A stretch of 64,000 nt of DNA from Octopus vulgaris (GCA_951406725.2 OX597817.1:147126001-147190000), one strand, 5' to 3'; shown: positions 13,234 through 25,959, counted from the stretch's first letter. The notes: generated by a model from the sequence alone, not told the origin. Numbers and translations: made by a program.

Positions 13234-13378
13234 TTATTGAAAAGCAGCAAAATATCACAAAAACTGCTACTCAGATTTTCACGTTCCTTTCCGTCGGACA
13301 GTTTTGTTTAAAATGGAAGAGAAATGAGGTGAAACTCTGAGTAGCAGATTTTGTGATATTTTTGCTGCTTTTCAATAA
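13234..13378. repeat. Imperfect palindrome containing a hammerhead-like motif
   Basis: TTATTGAAAAGCAGCAAAATATCACAAAAACTGCTACTCAGA ... TCTGAGTAGCAGATTTTGTGATATTTTTGCTGCTTTTCAATAA. Confidence 0.85.
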
Positions 13379-13448
13379 AGCATATGACTACCTCTAGTAT
13401 TCGAGTACTATTTCCTCCTCGTTGTTTCACTTTTATGTGCTTACTCCA

Positions 13449-13502
<54 letters not shown>

Positions 13503-13687
13503 CTACATACACACACGTAGAATCCGATGATGACTCAGCCAACGAAACTTCGAAGTTATTGTCAAGGCTATTCTTCTTAATAAATTTCTGCTCTACCAAA
13601 TGTATTGAGTAATCCTACAATTCAATGTAAAATTGTCTTTATTAAAAACATTAATATGTACGTGTGTGTGCGTGCGTGCGTGCGTGC

Positions 13688-13720
<33 letters not shown>

Positions 13721-14129
13721 TGTGTTTAATAAATTCATTTATTTATAAAGATATGGGTCTGTGAGTGCTAGCGTGCGCTGTTAATATAAAATATATAGAT
13801 AACATCGTGAAGACTAATTAAATCAAATATTACTTGGATGACATACAAAGTAGAATATAAAAAAGAAAAAAAATGTATGTTAGTCTACAACATGCGGGCA
13901 TCTATTTAATACATACACATATACTTACACAGACGTACATAAAAGCGCCCATATAATACGCATTTGTTCATGCTTACTTTCTCATATACATGCATTTATT
14001 CATACACACACATATGCCCATATGTGTGTGTGTGCGTGAGTGTACCCTCATAAATACATTCATACACAAATATTGTTGTATTCATGTATTCATATATTCA
14101 ATCTAAATATTTGCCTATATGTGTGGATG

Positions 14130-14460
14130 CACAATAACCCAGTGCTTAGGGCAGCGGGCTCGTGTTCGTAGGATCGCGGTTTCGATTCCCAGACCGGGCG
14201 CTGTGAGTGTTTATTGAGCGAAAACGCCTAAAGCTTCACCAGGCTCTGGCAGGGGCTGATGGGGGAACCCTGCTGTACTCTTTCACCACAACTTCCTCTC
14301 ATTCTTTCTTCCTGTTTCTGTTGTACTTGCATTCCAAAGGGCCAGCCTTGTCACCCTCTGTGTCACGCTGATCTTTGTCTATGAAGTGCTGAGCTACTTG
14401 CACGTTTATTTCACGAGCAGGCTGTTCCTTTGATCGAATAAACTGGAACCCTCGTCATAT
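14130..14460 (+). mobile_element. tRNA-derived SINE, family C (tail type 1)
   Basis: Head CCCAGTGCTTAGGGCAGCGG...GGTTTCGATTCCCAGACCGGGCG shared with 23013 and 58012. Confidence 0.85.
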
Positions 14461-14469
14461 AAATATTAT

Positions 14470-15300
14470 TAAAATGACATTAATATCCTGCATTTATTTT
14501 TCGAGCACTTTCCGAAGGATTCGGGCGGCTCCAAGCAGTGCTGTTATCTGCAAGTGCTCCACCCTTATTGCAGTCCCTATTTGTTCCACGTACTTCTCGA
14601 GATCTTTTCTCACTGGCTCCGACAATTATTGGTACTACTGCTACCTTTTTCATCGACCACAACTGCTTATCTTCCCAAGCCAACCTGTCATATCTCTCAT
14701 ATTTTCTTTCTTCCTTATCGCATACCTTGTTGTCGGTTGGGCATGCTATATCTATAATCCAGCATAGTTTGTTTTCTTTCTCAATTAACACTATGTCTGG
14801 CTTCCTTTTCTCTATCTCATGGTCGCACTGAATCATAAAATCCCCTAGGATCTTTGCATTTATATTTTCGACGATGCCTTCAGGCTTGTAGTCGTACCAA
14901 TTTTTTGCTCTGTCAAGTTCATACTTGCTGCAAAGTGTCCAATGGACAAGCCTGGATATATTGTCGTGGCGTCTCTTATATTCTTTCTGGGCTAGTGGAG
15001 TACATTGGCTGGTAATATGCCATTCGGTTCAAAGATTCTGCACATATCACTTTCTGATGTGCTGTCTATTCTGTATTTTATGTAGTTTGTTCTTAGTGCT
15101 TACTCTTGGGAAGAACATATTAGATCCTCCGCTTCTGGTTTTAAATCACTTTTAGTCATCCATAGCCATCATTTTTCTATGTCTGTCTTATCTTCAACAT
15201 CCCTATGAAATTGACCATGCATTCTTTTCTTTAAAACCTATTTTGATTTTCATTCGTTTTCAATTTCTTGTACAATGCTTTATCCTTGCAGTCTTTCATC
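14470..15300 (-). pseudogene. R4/Dong-clade non-LTR retrotransposon 3' fragment (zinc knuckle plus restriction-like endonuclease), degraded
   Basis: Minus strand: CRIF..WHITSQCTPLAQKEYKRRHDNISRLVHW...ILGDFMIQCDHEIEKRKPDIVLIEKENKLCWIIDIACP...VVPIIVGA, with RHD and PD..D motifs. Frameshifts present. Confidence 0.88.
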
Positions 15301-15308
15301 CTTCACAA

Positions 15309-15670
15309 GCCATATATGGTTCCGGGTTCAGTCCCACTGCGTGGCACTTTGGGCAAGTGTCTTCTACTATAGCCTCGGGCCGACCAAAGCCTTGTGAGTG
15401 GACTTGGTAGACGGAAACTGAAAAAAGCCCGTCGTATATATGTACATATACATGTGTGTGTGATTGTGTGTCTGTGTTTGTCCCCCCACCAAAATCGCTT
15501 GATAACCGATGCCGGTGTGTTTACGTCCCCGTAACCTAGCGGTTCAGCCAAAGTGACCGATAGAATAAGTACCAGGCTTACAAAGAATAAGTCCCGGGGT
15601 CGATTTACTCAACTAAAGGCGGTGCTCCAGCATGGCCTCAGTCAAATAACGGAAACAAGTAAAAGAGAGT
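15309..15670 (+). mobile_element. Family A SINE (5'-truncated)
   Basis: High identity to other family A copies. Confidence 0.9.
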
Positions 15671-15692
15671 ATATATATTATATGAATTAGTT

Positions 15693-15725
<33 letters not shown>

Positions 15726-16019
15726 GTGTATGTGTGTGCATTTGTGTGTGTGAGTATGTATGTGTTATTATCGATTATATGCGGCACATATGCTCTGGTA
15801 ATCATTAATCTATAGAACGTACACCACAGCTATCACGTGCAGTCACAGTTTGTACACGAATAGACGCGTATTAATGCTGCTTTTCATTTATCAAAAACAC
15901 CTGACAGTGATAGGCTATTAGTAGTTTATTCTTTACGAAATACAAACAAAGATTGCTTAGACAAGCAACAGCAGTAGGTCGGCATCAGAACTGCGAAATA
16001 TATGTGTGTGCGTGTATTT

Positions 16020-16990
<971 letters not shown>

Positions 16991-17921
16991 AAGATGCATG
17001 TATACATACGGGTCACACATACATACACATACACGCACGTACACATATGAATGGCAGTAAAAACAAAACCTGAACAAAAATAAAAGACACAAAAATCTGT
17101 GTTGCTTCGATTTTCCAATTATAATGACACCAAAAGAAAATATAAAAAATAAACATCCTTTAGTGTCTACAAGGATTGAACAGACATCTCTAAGCTCGGC
17201 ATACATATCTGTGTGTTTGTGAGCATGTATGTTCGCATATAGGTTATGTTTTTCTCATAACAGTGCATTGTAATTACAATACAGCTATGTGTGCGTGAGC
17301 GACGGCATACATACGTACATATATTTATATATCTACATATATAAACTCGAGGGAAAACACGTACATACATTCATATAGGTATGCATGCATTCATACATAT
17401 GCACATACATGGCTGCCTACTTTCACGCGTTCGTACATACATGCGTATATTCACTCATACATACCTTCGTAGATTCATAAATACACGCATAAATATACAC
17501 GTACTTTCGTACATATCTGTATACATACGTGCAAACGTAAATTGAAGCATGCCATTTACTCATACATTCACACATCAATAAATATACACATTCATTTGTC
17601 ATGCATATATATACACATACATACACACGCATTCACACACGCACACACTCACACATATACACTCCTACAGTTATAGAAAATGAATTTTGCAAGCCTTTTG
17701 TCTAGTTTACTTCATAATTACATTACACATAATCGTAATTATATTATATTGTGTAATGAAATTACTCAGTGCTTCCGAGATTTCATTCTTTATTGACAGA
17801 TTGGACTCAAACGTGGCATCACTGTGATGACGTTGATAATGATGACAATAATAATAAAGATAATGATAATGATAATAATAACAACAACAACAACAACAAT
17901 AATAATAATAATAATAATAAT

Positions 17922-18224
17922 GATCCTTTCTATTATAGGCAGAAGGCCTGAAATTTTTCAGGGGACGGAACTTGATTTACCGGTGCTTGATTCATCGATT
18001 CTTCGAAAGGATGTAAGGCAAAGTCAACATTGGCGGAATTTGAACTGAGCACGTAACGACAGGCGAATACCTATTTCTTTATTACCCACAAGGGGCTAAA
18101 CACAGAGAGGACAAACAAGGACAGGCAAACGGATTAAGTCGATTATATCGACCCCAGTGCGTAACTGGGCGACAGGCGAAATACCGCTAAGCATTTCGTC
18201 TGGCGCCCTAAAGATTCTGCAAGC

Positions 18225-18225
<1 letters not shown>
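17922..18225 (-). mobile_element. Old family B SINE interrupted by a 5'-truncated young family B copy (18072-18169)
   Basis: Insert flanked by CGACAGGCGAATACC (18057-18071) and CGACAGGCGAAATACC (18170-18185). The host element carries the older AAATTTCAGGCCTT.TGCCTA tail. Confidence 0.82.
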
Positions 18226-18279
<54 letters not shown>

Positions 18280-18295
18280 TAAAAATAAAAATAAT

Positions 18296-18576
18296 AGATA
18301 CCAGGAAACACCAAAATTGCAGAAATTCAAAATATAGTGCTCATGGGAACTGCTCATATCCTACACAAAATACTCTCTATGTAATCTCAAGGTTTAAAAC
18401 AAACTTTTTTTTTTTAAATTTATTTATTAGACATTCACTAGTACAACACAAACCCCCCCCAAATATATGGCACACTAGGCATAACAACAACGTGAACTTC
18501 CAACCTGTTGTCTCTTGAGGTCTCTGGGTGAGACTTGGAGCCAACTTGTACAAACATAAAGCAAAAGTCAAACATA

Positions 18577-18577
<1 letters not shown>
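18296..18577 (+). mobile_element. Short 3' fragment of an R4/Dong-like element in (TAA)n
   Basis: PGNTKIAEIQNIVLMGTAHILHKILSM* is homologous to the C-terminus of the 18653 ORF. Flanked by (TAA)n on both sides. Confidence 0.75.
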
Positions 18578-18632
<55 letters not shown>

Positions 18633-18634
<2 letters not shown>

Positions 18635-19109
18635 GCAACCATACTCTGGGATATGCCGATACACACAGATAGAGAAATTAAGGCCAACAGACCAGATATA
18701 GTTGTCAGAGACCATGAAGAAAAAAAATGCTTTCTAATTGATGTATCAGTACCGGCAGATGACAACGTGTCTCTAAAAGAAATGGAGAAACTCTCAAAAT
18801 ACAAAGACCTGGAAATAGAGGTAACTAGAATGTGGAATCTGAAAACAGAAACAATTCCTATCATAGTAGGTGCATTAGGCATGATAAAAAAATATTCAGA
18901 CAAATACATAACAAAAACACCAGGACTTACAAACACATATAACATACAGAAAATTGCACTACTGGGCACTGCACACATCCTACGTAGAACACTTTCCATA
19001 CAATAACCATCAGAGCATCACAACAAATCACAGCACAAACCCAAGGCACACAGAGCTGTGCTCGGTAGTGAAGTGAAAGCACGCTATAAAAATAAAAATA
19101 AAACTACTG
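18633..19109 (+). mobile_element. 5'-truncated R4/Dong-clade retrotransposon (restriction-like endonuclease C-terminus plus 3' UTR) in (TAA)n
   Basis: Uninterrupted frame ATILWDMPIHTDREIKANRPDIVVRDHEEKKCFLIDVSVP...EKLSKYKDL...IPIIVGALG...LGTAHILRRTL*. (TAA)n on both flanks matches the known Dong target. Confidence 0.92.
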
Positions 19110-19485
19110 AATAATAATAATAATAATAAAAGTCTAATTTATTGTCGGTACATAGGAAACAAAGCTCAAAACGGCAGGCGTTATCAGGCAGCTAGCAATA
19201 TATACATCTAACGAGGAACCCAGCAAACCGCCCGCAATTTCATGGCGAAAGAACGCCCATGATATCCTTGTAGTCTTACGTTTTTTTGTTGGTGTCAGTC
19301 ATAGGTTTGTAACCATGCAGGGGTAGCAGCCCAAGCAGTCTAAGTCGATCACCTTGAGCATATTGCTTATTCCAGCCTTGTGTATATTGTATAAAATTTT
19401 CTATTCGTCGAATGGTAATAGGAAAAAATAACATACACACCACCGACTTTTGAATCACTGAAATTACAAATACATACAAACATGA

Positions 19486-19529
<44 letters not shown>

Positions 19530-19533
<4 letters not shown>

Positions 19534-19728
19534 CGGGAAGCTTTATGAAAATAGACAAAATACGAAGGCAGGTTTACGGAAATAAACAAAAGACGAAGGC
19601 AGGTGGAATACAAACAAACAATTGTATTAGTATGGCGCTCAGGAAATATAAATGAAACAAGTCTTTAACGTTTCGAGCCTACGCTCTTCAACAGAAAGAT
19701 ACACAGAGAAAAAACACAGAAAGGAGAG

Positions 19729-19730
<2 letters not shown>
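19530..19730 (-). mobile_element. Penelope-like terminal module in (TA)n with minimal hammerhead-like motif (19662-19699)
   Basis: Minus strand: TCTTT-CTGTTGA-A-GAGC-GTAG-GCTC-GAAA-CGT-T-AAAGA. Confidence 0.6.
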
Positions 19731-19790
<60 letters not shown>

Positions 19791-19971
19791 ATATATATAC
19801 TCTAGAAATATCCTATGATACGACAGGGCGACGAGTTGGCAGAATCGTTATCGGGCAACTCCCCAAAATGTTGGCCTTGTGCCAAAATTTGAATGCAATA
19901 TCTAATAGTACATGTTATGCTAGAATTTCTTGATATGTAAATAACCGTTAGATATTGTCACATTATCCAAT

Positions 19972-20041
<70 letters not shown>

Positions 20042-20734
20042 CTCAAACGTTTCAAATGACTGAAACAAGTAAAAGAGTAAAAGAGTAAAGTTATTTCAAA
20101 GATTCAGCTATGTAGCCTTCAACGGATGCGTATCGTTTTGCCGAAGCAGTAATATAGATGTGGTATAATGCTTTACTTTTTGTGGAAAGCAAAGTTTTTC
20201 AGGTGAAGATGTGTAAGTATATTTTCTGGTTTGACAGCTGAAGCTATATAGAGATTATTTGGGTGGTTGAAAGGATTATCGATCGTGTAAATATTATCAT
20301 TAGAGTCCATTCGAACATACTGTAAATACAAGTGCTGCAAGCCAGATTTGTAGAGGTTACAGAGTAGTGACATTCACCGATTTGTATTTGTATCATTATT
20401 TGAAAAGTTAGATGCCAATCTCTCTACTCTGAAGACGGAGGCGAGATATACATCCACTAATTGTTGCATATCCTTGACTTTTTTCTACACTTCATCTACC
20501 AACATTATAACTATTACGTAATCCCGTGAATCCCGAAAGAGCCGTTGGTACTGAAATACCATGCCTGTTCCCATTAGCTTTCTGTATTTTTGCACTCCAT
20601 TTAAATATGTTCTGTAAATATGTAAATGCCTATATGCTTATGTAGGAACATCCATCTCCTGAATATTTTCAACTTTTGTTTCTCTCAATATATATTCGCA
20701 TATATATGTATTCACACACACTCACACACACACA

Positions 20735-20791
<57 letters not shown>

Positions 20792-20923
20792 ACACACACG
20801 CACACACACACGCACACACACACACACACACACGTGTGCATATTTTTTATATAACAAACCTAAGCATGTTTTGTTTATTGACATCATTATTATACTTACG
20901 TACATACTTATATACACATACAT

Positions 20924-20994
<71 letters not shown>

Positions 20995-20996
<2 letters not shown>

Positions 20997-21190
20997 AGAA
21001 TTCACAAAAAGAACAAAAGACGAAGACAGGTGGTGTAGACAACAAATAGATGTATTAGTTTAACGCGTGGGAAGTGAGAAAGTCTTTAACGTTTCGAGTC
21101 TACGCTCTTCAACATAAAGGAACACAGAAAGAAACAAGGAGGGAAAATAAAGAATATGTAGTGGCTAGCGATCTATCATGGCGAATGATA
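20995..21190 (-). mobile_element. Penelope-like terminal module in (TA)n with degenerate hammerhead-like motif (21083-21120)
   Basis: Minus strand: CTTT-ATGTTGA-A-GAGC-GTAG-ACTC-GAAA-CGT-T-AAAG; homologous to 2225-2420. Confidence 0.55.
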
Positions 21191-21436
21191 TATATATATA
21201 TATAAATTCAGCAAAATTTAGATTCAAATGAATATAGTACTTAACTCAGAGGCACCAGACTTTTATAATGTTGGCAAACGAAATGGAAATAAGTATATAT
21301 ATTGTCCGTTTGATGGAAGACTTCTATAAATGTCTGAACATTTTAAAACTGATGTAATACTTACAATGTTTAATAAAATGACGTAGCATGAAACGATCGT
21401 ACCAAATTACCGAAGATATACTTGTTGCTTTTTTTG

Positions 21437-21489
<53 letters not shown>

Positions 21490-22030
21490 TATATGGATAT
21501 TAATATCTATATATCTATATCTATATCCATGGATGTGTACAAGCACGTATGTGTATGTATACAACTAGCTCTTGCATAGTTTTCGGTTACGAATTGTAAC
21601 ACAGACTGTATTGGTAAAAGCCACATCCATAAGGTACAGTGCTGTGTGATCGTAACTGGGGCCATGTGAATTCTAAGTGAATTTCTCAAGCATACAGAGA
21701 AACCGGCGTCAGGACTTTTAGAGTTTTCTTTTATAGACGTCAATACTAAACTCTATACCAAACTTCATATACATATGCACTATATCATTTAGTCTCCAGT
21801 ACAAATACTAAAGCCGGCTATGTAAGCAAACAACTTTTAGTTAGACTTAAGCTCTTCAGAATGAGGACCTTTATCTTCTTTTGTATGTAATTTATTACTC
21901 ATTATAATGGAGCTGAAGAATCGTTAATGTGCGAGCGACATTTTCTCTCTACTGACATCTCTAGCCTAGCTCCAAAATTTGGAACCATTATTCAAACCCC
22001 AATAGAAAGACCTGTGATACATATGAATCT

Positions 22031-22795
22031 ACTTCATAGGTTTATTCAGTGAGAGGAGAGTTTTTTCGGCTGCCAGCAATCAGGCCAGGTCTACGGTTTG
22101 AGCGTAAACCCTTTCGTTCTATGACAAAATGTAAAACGTGCGTTGACCATCCAGTCTTTTCCTTAAAATACTAGATGTGATTTGATGAAATTTGGTTGCC
22201 ATTTCTAGTATGTTCAGCAATAAACTTAAGAGACTTCTCATTGGAAACTTATTGCAGTTTATATTTAGAAATGGATAGGGTCAACTGAAAAACAACACTC
22301 CTTAACAACGGCCACCCCCTCAGATGGTGAAGTATTGCTTGCGCTGTGCTATGTACTAGAAAAAATGCCATTATTCATCGTCTCGCACCGTTCAACTGAA
22401 AGCAGAAGAGATAAGAATATCTTGAATTGGTTGTGAAGCAAGTGAACTGGAAATGTACGTGCTGTTTAGAAGTTTAAACAGCAGAGATGTTATCCTAAAT
22501 ATAGAGAATACATTTTATTGTTTTTTTTATATTTATATATTGGTCCGTCTACAAAGTGTGTGTCTCCTATCATATTCGTCGGTAAACAAATCACTTAGAT
22601 ATTCTCTTCATATAAAGTAATTTAAAGTTAGGTGGTGATGAACTTTACGTTTACCACCCGCCAAGGGGTGGGTTAATTTAATCCGTTGCGCTGTTAACAC
22701 CAGAATCTGCTTCATAGGTGTATTCAGTGAGAGGAGAAGTTATTCTGCTGCCAACAATCAGGCCAGGTCTACGGTTTTAGTGTATATCCTTTCGT
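22031..22795 (+). repeat. About 85-bp diverged direct repeat (22031-22117, 22710-22795)
   Basis: CTTCATAGGT.TATTCAGTGAGAGGAGA...GCTGCCA.CAATCAGGCCAGGTCTACGGTTT in both copies. Confidence 0.85.
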
Positions 22796-23012
22796 CTCTT
22801 CTTGTAGGTCTTGAATAAAGGTAAAACAAGGTTGTTGATGCTCGCATTGCTTCCTTAAACCATAAAATGAAACAATAGATATTGTAAACATCGAAGGAAT
22901 TGAACTTATTTCTCTATACTGATGAAAAATCTCGTTAAATTTACAGTGGTACATCACTGAGAGTTGCAAGTTGGCCCCTCATGTTAGTATGCCACAAGTA
23001 TACTAACATGAG

Positions 23013-23327
23013 TGGAGGCGCAATGGTCCAGTGGTTAGGGCAGCGGACTCGCGGTCGGAGGATCGCGGTTTCGATTCTCAGACCGGGCGTTGTGTGTGTT
23101 TATTGAGCGAAAACAACTAAAAGCTCCATGAGGCTCCGGCAGGCGGTGGTGGCGAACCCTGTTGTACTCTTTCGCCACAACTTTCTCTCACTCTCTCTTC
23201 CTATTTCTTGAGTAACGCTGCGATAGACTGACATCATGTCCAGTTGGGGGGAACACATACGCCAAGGAAACTAGGAAACCGGGCCCATGAGCCTGGCAAG
23301 GTTTGAAAAGGGCGAAAAAGAAAAGAA
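23013..23327 (+). mobile_element. Family C SINE (tail type 2, V-domain-like) with about 12-bp TSD
   Basis: tRNA-like head GGAGGCGCAATGGTCCAGTGGTTAGGGCAGCGGACTCGCGG..GGTTTCGATTC; flanks ATACTAACATGA / ATACTAGCATGA. Confidence 0.88.
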
Positions 23328-23423
23328 ATACTAGCATGAAGGGACAGTCCTGTCATTACCAAAGTAAAAAAAATATTACATCCTCTGCAGAAGAAAAGGG
23401 CAGACTAGAAACGCAGGATTTCT

Positions 23424-23720
23424 TATTTCTTTACTGTCCACAAGGGGCTACACACAGAGGGGACAAACAAGGACAGACAAACGGATTAAGTCGATTATAT
23501 CGACCCCAGTGCGTAACCGGTACTTATTTAATCGACCCCGAAAGCATGAAAGGTTAAGTCGACCTCGGCGGAATTTGAACTCAGAACGTAGCGGCAGACG
23601 AAATACCTATTTCTTTACTACCCACAAGGAACTAAACACAGAGGGGACAAGCAGAATGTAGCGGCAGACGAAATACGGCTACGCATTTCGCCCGGCGTGC
23701 TAACGATTCTACCAGCTCGC
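23424..23720 (-). mobile_element. Family B SINE with 19-bp TSD, containing a nested 45-bp family B tail
   Basis: Flanks CTAGAAACGCAGGATTTCT / CTAGACACGCAGGATTTCT. Internal 25-bp repeat CAGAA(C/T)GTAGCGGCAGACGAAATAC at 23582 and 23652. Confidence 0.9.
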
Positions 23721-24212
23721 CTAGACACGCAGGATTTCTCTTTCCGCACAGAAATTCTAAACTCAGGATGTTCTCTGTATAAATTTTGCCGATGCAGATC
23801 TACAGTGGTGTTCTCATTTTTTACCATTTAAAAGTTACGTATAGGGACACGACGCAAGTGCAGACGAGGCAGTGTGGTTAAGAAATTCACTTTGCAACCT
23901 AGCAATTATGGGTTAGATTTCATTACGCAGTACCTTAGGAAAGTGTTCATTAACATAACATCGGCTTGATTGATGCCTAGAAGTTTTAAGTTACAAAATC
24001 TTCACTTGAAGTTTGTTTATGTATGTACATATATACATACTGATAACATACCAGTAAATTCAATAAAAAGCCCAATGCCTTCGTACAGAAATACCACGTG
24101 GTATCAATCTATCCGAGGTAGACTGTTGTGCCGTTGATATTCCTGCTATCTTTAAGGTGGTAAGCCAGTTAAAAACCTACAACCGACGACGCTATTGTTC
24201 ACAAAGAAAGCA

Positions 24213-24288
<76 letters not shown>

Positions 24289-24974
24289 ATATTTAAACCC
24301 ATTATTTCACCAAGTCGGCCATGGATGACTAACTATCTGTCAATAAGATTTACACGTAAATAGCTGAATAGTTTTTAACGAAAGGTAGTTGTTAGACATT
24401 GAGTCTATAATCAGCCTAATCTGTTCTCGGTCTCTGCTGAAAGGTTTACAATTGTGTAATGATAAAATATAGAGACTTCATTGTCGTAACTTGCTCATTG
24501 ATCGTGGCAAATTTTCTGAGAGTAATGAACCGTGTCCATCATCACACAACAGATTATTTTGTTTATTTACCTTTGAAACTTCAAACAAATATTACACTCA
24601 ATTCCACAGTTGAGTAATATTGATTTTGTTTTGTCTATTGATAAATAATATCGATTCCTTTCGCATGCACAAGTCTGGAAATTTATAACGCGAGGTGAGA
24701 GGAGATGGATGAAAAATGTCTATCGTCTGTATTTGAAACTGAACGTCATCATTTGGTTAGTTTCTTTTTCTACCTATTTTTAAAGGGGAACCTAAGCACG
24801 TATCCAGTCAATAACACGACAGACTAGTGGTTCTCAAACATGCTTTACCTATGAACCACTATTCTGGTGGACCCCAAAGGTATTCAGTGTTTCAAAGCTT
24901 GTTTTATAGATATTTCTTTTAAAATTCCTATTTTGTTTTGCACTCATTAACTCGTGTTTAGCACTCATTAACTC

Positions 24975-25945
24975 TGTGTTTAGCCCCTTGTGGGTAGTAA
25001 AGAAATTGGTATTTCGCCTCTCGCTACATTCTGAGTTCAAATTCCGTCGAGGTCGAGGTCGACTTTGCCCTTCATCCTTTCGGGGTCGATTAAATAAGTA
25101 TCAGTTACGCACTGGGGTCGATATAAGCGACTTAATCCGTTTATCTGTCCTTGTTTGTCCTGTCTGTGTTTAGCCCCTTGTGGGTAGTAAAGAAATAGGT
25201 ATTTCGCCTGTCGCTACATTCTGAGTTCAAATTCCGTCGAGGTCGAGGTCGACTTTGCCCTTCATCCTTTCGTGGTCGATTAAATAAGTATCAGTTACGC
25301 ACTGGGGTCGATATAAGCGACTTAATCCGTTTGTCTGTCCTTGTTTGTCCTGTCTGTGTTTAGCTCTTTGTGGGTAGTAAAGAAATAGGCATTTCGTTTA
25401 CCGCTACGTTCTGAGTTCAAATTCCGCCGAGGTCGACTTTGCCTTTCATCCTTTCGGGGTCGATTAAATAAGTACCAGTTACGTACTGGGGTCGATTTAA
25501 GCGACTTAATCCGTTTGTCTGTCCTTGTTTGTCCTGTCTGTGTTTAGCTCTTTATGGGTAGTATAGAAATAGGCATTTCGTTTACCGCTACGTTCTGAGT
25601 TAAAATTCCGCCGAGGTCGACTTTGCCTTTCATCCTTTCGGGGTCGATTAAATAAGTATCAGTTACGCACTGGGGTCGATATAAGCGACTTAATCCGTTT
25701 GTCTGTCCTTGTTTGTCCTGTCTGTGTTTAGCCCCTTGTGGGTAGTAAAGAAATAGGAATTTCGTCTGCCGCTACGTTCTGAGTTCAAATTCCGCCGAGG
25801 TCGACTTTGCCTTTCATCCTTTCGGGATCGATTAAATAAGTACCAGTTACGTACTGGAGTTGATATAATGGACTTAATCTGTTTGTCTGTCCTTGTGTGT
25901 CCCCTCTGTGTGTAGCCCCTTGTGGGCAATGAAGAAATAAGAAGT
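24975..25945 (+). repeat. Head-to-tail array of 5 family B SINE bodies (units 190, 190, 184, 184, about 184 bp)
   Basis: AGAAAT(A/T)GG junctions at 25001, 25191, 25381, 25565 and 25749. Units 1-2 share a GTCGAG duplication; units 3-4 share CATTTCGTTTACCG. Confidence 0.93.
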
Positions 25946-25959
25946 GTTAGTAGAGTGTT

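Noticed and set aside
13659-13725. Alternating (GT)/(GC) tract with Z-DNA potential
   Set aside because: Ordinary microsatellite in a genome saturated with them.
23013-23085. tRNA-Arg-like sequence (also 58012, 14130)
   Set aside because: No proper acceptor stem or terminator; it continues into a SINE body bounded by a TSD.
24975-25945. Regular array resembling CRISPR
   Set aside because: Whole 184-190-bp units repeat with no unique spacers; units are SINE bodies; no cas genes; eukaryotic context.
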